A stretch of 30,295 nt of DNA from an uncultured archaeon (GTDB taxonomy: Archaea; Asgardarchaeota; Heimdallarchaeia; Heimdallarchaeales; Kariarchaeaceae), in contig CAZYCQ010000041.1 in NCBI GenBank assembly GCA_964645535.1, forward strand, positions 1 to 30,295, given 5' to 3'. A model generated the notes under the pieces. The model ran no database searches, was not told the origin of the DNA, and saw nothing but the letters and a program-made list of their open reading frames with translations. This document shows positions 27,239-30,295 of the stretch, piece after piece. A program made the position numbers and the translations under genes. Position 1 is the first letter of the stretch; every line of letters starts with the position of its first letter.

Positions 27239-27919
27239 ATGTGCAGATTATTGAGCGGCAAGTTTCCCTATCCAATACAGATTAATTCGATTCTAGAACA
27301 GTTCGCAGAAGATTGCAGATCAAGCAAGGAATTTCAAGGACATGGATGGGGTATTACCTATCTGACCAATGGACAGTGGATCACCCGGAAATCCATCCAA
27401 CCAATATGGGAATCCCTTCCCGAAGAGCCGATATATACTTCTTCCTTTCTGGTTCATGCAAGATCCGCTTTCAGAGATGCAGGAATCGTCATAGAAAACA
27501 ATATGCCTTTTGAAAACGACAGGTTTGTGTTTGCATTCAATGGTGAACTGAGAAAAGTTAGGTTAAACCTTCCTGGCTCAACAGGTGCCAAAAAGATCTT
27601 CAATTTCTTTCTGAGAAAGCAGGAACCCTCGATTCTACTCAGATGGTCAAAAGTTGCTGCAATTCTCAAAAGGAGAAGTGAATACATCAGGGCGATGAAT
27701 GTCATATTGATTGATAAGGAAACCAATCTTCATTATGCCTATTCCCATTATAATGAGGATCCTGAATATTTTAGGCTCCATAGAATGGCAAGTGGTGGAT
27801 TTGAGTTGATAAGCTCGTTTCCCATTGACAGAAGGCTGTTTATTAATCTTCGGGGTGAGGAACGGCCGAGAATCGTTTACAATGCGGTTCTTGCCAATCA
27901 GGGAATTGAGGTGATCTGA
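27239..27919 (+). CDS. Class II glutamine-amidotransferase-fold Ntn hydrolase (EgtC/YafJ/Dug3-like)
   Basis: N-terminal MCRL (Cys nucleophile), HGWG, HARSA, NNMPF, FAFNG. SD-like AGGTGA upstream. Translationally coupled to the next gene (TGATG). Confidence 0.85.
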   Translation: MCRLLSGKFPYPIQINSILEQFAEDCRSSKEFQGHGWGITYLTNGQWITRKSIQPIWESLPEEPIYTSSFLVHARSAFRDAGIVIENNMPFENDRFVFAFNGELRKVRLNLPGSTGAKKIFNFFLRKQEPSILLRWSKVAAILKRRSEYIRAMNVILIDKETNLHYAYSHYNEDPEYFRLHRMASGGFELISSFPIDRRLFINLRGEERPRIVYNAVLANQGIEVI

Positions 27920-29982
27920 TGAACGTCTTGAAGGTAGGTGGAGGTCAGTCCATCAATTTTGATGCAATAGCTGATTTCATTCGGAATTTGGGAGAGCCGA
28001 CAATTGTTGTTCTGGGTGCAAACAGTGTCAGAAATCAACTGGCATCCCAGCTGGGGATCACTCCCAAAATTCTGACCAGTGCTTCGGGTGTCTCAAGTGT
28101 ATATACTGATGATCAAATGATTGATCTTATTGGTGCTGCATACTCGGGAATTAGAAGAAACCGATTTGTCGCAACCTGCCAAAAAAATGGCATAAACGCC
28201 ATCGGTCTTTCCGGCTTGGATGCCCGGTTGATTGAAGGAAGAAGAACCAAAGGCATCCGGGCCATCGAGAACGGAAAGAAACGAGTTGTCCGGGATCTAA
28301 GTGGAAAACCAAATGAATTGAATGCCGGGTTGCTTGAAAGTCTTTTGGCAATGGATCTTGTTCCGGTGCTTACCATTCCAATCATGGATGAGCATGGCAT
28401 CCCTCTCAACTCGGAAAATGATGACATTGTTGCATTGATCGCCGAGAAAATGAAGGTTCACCGTGTCATTCATTTCATTGAGGCAGAAGGATTGCTTGGA
28501 ACAAATGGTCGTCCCATCTCTGAATTGGGAAAAGAAGGTCTTTTGGAAATGATGGATGCCTTGGATGGAAGAATCAAACGAAAACTGATGTCGTTGCTCA
28601 GAATTCTTGACAAAGGTATTGAAATTCGCATTATGGACGGAAGAAGTTCCAATGTAGTGGAAGATTTCCATTTGGGAAAGGGAACCATCATTGCCAATGA
28701 GGTGCCCTCCAACAAAAAACGTACAAGACCTGAAACCCAAACAATGGTTCTTACCTCCAAAAAATCAGAAATATACTTGGAAAGGGCAGAAGGCATATAT
28801 GTATACGACCACAATGGAAAACGGTATCTTGATTGCAGTGGAGGATGGGGTGTGGCCCTTCTCGGCCATCGGCACTCCAATGTCACTCAGGCCATGATCC
28901 AACAGCTCAGTAGGATTATGACTGCCCCAATCAACCACAGAAATTCCACAAGGGAAGAATTTGTAGATTTCCTTTTGTCATTGGTTCCCTCTCCTCTCAA
29001 CAGGGTGTTTCTCTCGAATTCAGGTACTGAAGCTGTTGAAGCCGCTTTGAAATTTGCAATCTGTACAACCGGACGGTCAAAAATTGTTTCCCATGTCAAG
29101 GGCTTCCATGGAAGAACTCTAGGGTCTCTTTCAGTCACGCATAATCCTCATTTTCGCCGACCTTTTGAAGATCTTCTGAATCCGGACAGAATAACCTTTA
29201 TCCCCCTTAATAATCTTGAGCTTGCCAGAAAATCAATCTCAAATGAAACTGCCGCGGTGATCATTGAAGCAATTCAAGGCGAAGGCGGTGTGAATCAAGC
29301 CTCTGATGAGTATCTTCAAGGCTTGAGAGAAATCTGCAATCACACAGGAACCCTTCTTATCATCGATGAGATCCAGACTGGATTGGGAAGAACTGGGAAT
29401 CTGTTTGCATTTGAAAAATCTGGGATTGTTCCCGACATTCTCTGTCTCGCAAAAGGATTGGGCGGTGGATTTCCCATAGGTGCAACGATTGTGTCTGAAA
29501 AGGTTGACGTAGCATATGGAATGCATGGGTCAACATTTGGGGGAAATCCCATGGCCTGTGCAGCTGGGTTGGCAACTCTCCAGACATTGGTCTCCGATGG
29601 ATTGATCGAAAATGCTCAAATACAGGGTGATAACCTACTGAGGAGATTGAAGGAACTTTCTCGTGAGTTTCCTCTTATCCGTGAAATACGAGGAAGAGGT
29701 CTGATGATTGCAATTGTATTAAGAAGATCTCATAAAACCCTTCTTGGACATCTCCTTGATGAAGGAATCCTCTCCATCCCGACCGGCCGAAACATCATTC
29801 GCCTGTTGCCTCCGCTTACCATTTCAAGTGCCGAGATCGATCAGATTGTCTGTGGCCTCAGAAATGCCCTTCTGAAGACAAATGACAAGGTTTTCAAAAG
29901 AACAAATACCATAGAAATGCATACAAATGGGACGGAAGACCAATTCCGATGCAGTGGCAAAACCTCTGGAATCATTGGATGA
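27919..29982 (+). CDS. lysZ-lysJ: Fused [LysW]-aminoadipate kinase (LysZ/ArgB) and [LysW]-aminoadipate semialdehyde aminotransferase (LysJ/ArgD)
   Basis: N-terminal about 260 aa: VLKVGG, SGVSSVYTD, AIGLSGLD, DLSGK, LNSEND, GRIKRKL, GTII. C-terminal part: YLDCSGGWGV..LGH, NSGTEAVEAA.K, GFHGRT, EAIQGEGG, DEIQTG.GRTG, PLP Lys in LAKGLGGG, HGSTFGGNP, IRLLPPL. SD-like GAGGTGA upstream. Confidence 0.9.
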   Translation: MNVLKVGGGQSINFDAIADFIRNLGEPTIVVLGANSVRNQLASQLGITPKILTSASGVSSVYTDDQMIDLIGAAYSGIRRNRFVATCQKNGINAIGLSGLDARLIEGRRTKGIRAIENGKKRVVRDLSGKPNELNAGLLESLLAMDLVPVLTIPIMDEHGIPLNSENDDIVALIAEKMKVHRVIHFIEAEGLLGTNGRPISELGKEGLLEMMDALDGRIKRKLMSLLRILDKGIEIRIMDGRSSNVVEDFHLGKGTIIANEVPSNKKRTRPETQTMVLTSKKSEIYLERAEGIYVYDHNGKRYLDCSGGWGVALLGHRHSNVTQAMIQQLSRIMTAPINHRNSTREEFVDFLLSLVPSPLNRVFLSNSGTEAVEAALKFAICTTGRSKIVSHVKGFHGRTLGSLSVTHNPHFRRPFEDLLNPDRITFIPLNNLELARKSISNETAAVIIEAIQGEGGVNQASDEYLQGLREICNHTGTLLIIDEIQTGLGRTGNLFAFEKSGIVPDILCLAKGLGGGFPIGATIVSEKVDVAYGMHGSTFGGNPMACAAGLATLQTLVSDGLIENAQIQGDNLLRRLKELSREFPLIREIRGRGLMIAIVLRRSHKTLLGHLLDEGILSIPTGRNIIRLLPPLTISSAEIDQIVCGLRNALLKTNDKVFKRTNTIEMHTNGTEDQFRCSGKTSGIIG

Positions 29983-30003
29983 AAGAAAAAAAACATATGG
30001 CTG

Positions 30004-30026
30004 GGCTCCTGGTTTCGGTTGGAGCC
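30004..30026. terminator. Possible hairpin between convergent transcription units
   Basis: GGCTCC-N11-GGAGCC inverted repeat. An A-rich run at about 29982-29993 gives a T-run downstream on the - strand. Confidence 0.3.
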
Positions 30027-30102
30027 GTTTCTATAATTGCTATCGCCTGAGAATCTATCAAAATCACTAATTCCTTGAAAAATACCACAAGAAAGAACAT
30101 GA

Positions 30103-30294
30103 TTAGTTTTGGCTGTTTTCAGGTTCTAGGGTTCCACACTCGATAAGGGAGGTTTTTCCATACTCTTCTTCTATGATCTGTTTTACTTTGTAGTTTTCCT
30201 TTCGAAGCCATCTCCCTAAAATCAACGCAATCGGGGTTGGTCCTTTGAAATATATTCCTATCTCCTTACATTCCTTCGACTTTATTATTTTGAA
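30103..30294 (-). CDS. 3' end of a gene running off the window; C-terminus resembles a SAVED domain
   Basis: Manual translation, not in the ORF track: FKIIKSKECKEIGIYFKGPTPIALILGRWLRKENYKVKQIIEEEYGKTSLIECGTLEPENSQN*. IGIYFKGP..IA..LGR.L matches the SAVED-like pattern ihlF.agP.slAf.lG..l. Confidence 0.5.
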   Translation of the reverse strand, partial: FKIIKSKECKEIGIYFKGPTPIALILGRWLRKENYKVKQIIEEEYGKTSLIECGTLEPENSQN

Positions 30295-30295
30295 A

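Noticed and set aside
685-29587. Numerous 60-150 aa ORFs nested in or antisense to the long genes
   Set aside because: They overlap well-supported CDS and have no independent motifs.
28744-29982. Separate lysJ gene starting at internal ATG 28744
   Set aside because: There is no upstream in-frame stop or clear SD motif, so it is treated as part of the fusion.
29973-30100. Short (about 43 codon) - strand ORF after the SAVED-like fragment
   Set aside because: It is short, has no motif, and overlaps the lysZJ end and the putative hairpin.

Overview
Gene-dense archaeal chromosomal window, probably from an Asgard (Heimdallarchaeia-like) genome. This is inferred from TATA-like boxes about 30 nt upstream of apparently leaderless genes, a form III RuBisCO, a PIP-box uracil-DNA glycosylase, WD40 and membrane-anchored RING proteins, and a Heimdall-CTERM-like tail. 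It holds 26 complete CDS plus one partial CDS at the right edge. I saw no rRNA, tRNA, CRISPR array or transposase. The most unusual element is the LysW amino-group-carrier operon (25148-29982). Its LysW ends in EDWGQ instead of EDWGE and there is no lysK in the cluster. An N-terminal-cysteine class II amidotransferase-fold hydrolase, lacking the residue that binds a free alpha-amino group, sits inside the operon, and lysZ is fused to lysJ. This suggests an undescribed carrier activation and/or release chemistry. Other points of interest are a tandem pair of TM-RING E3-like paralogs sharing an upstream motif, a 1453-aa Fe-S nuclease/SF1 helicase fusion, and the C-terminus of a SAVED-like protein entering from the right edge. 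All calls come from reading motifs by eye; no searches were run.
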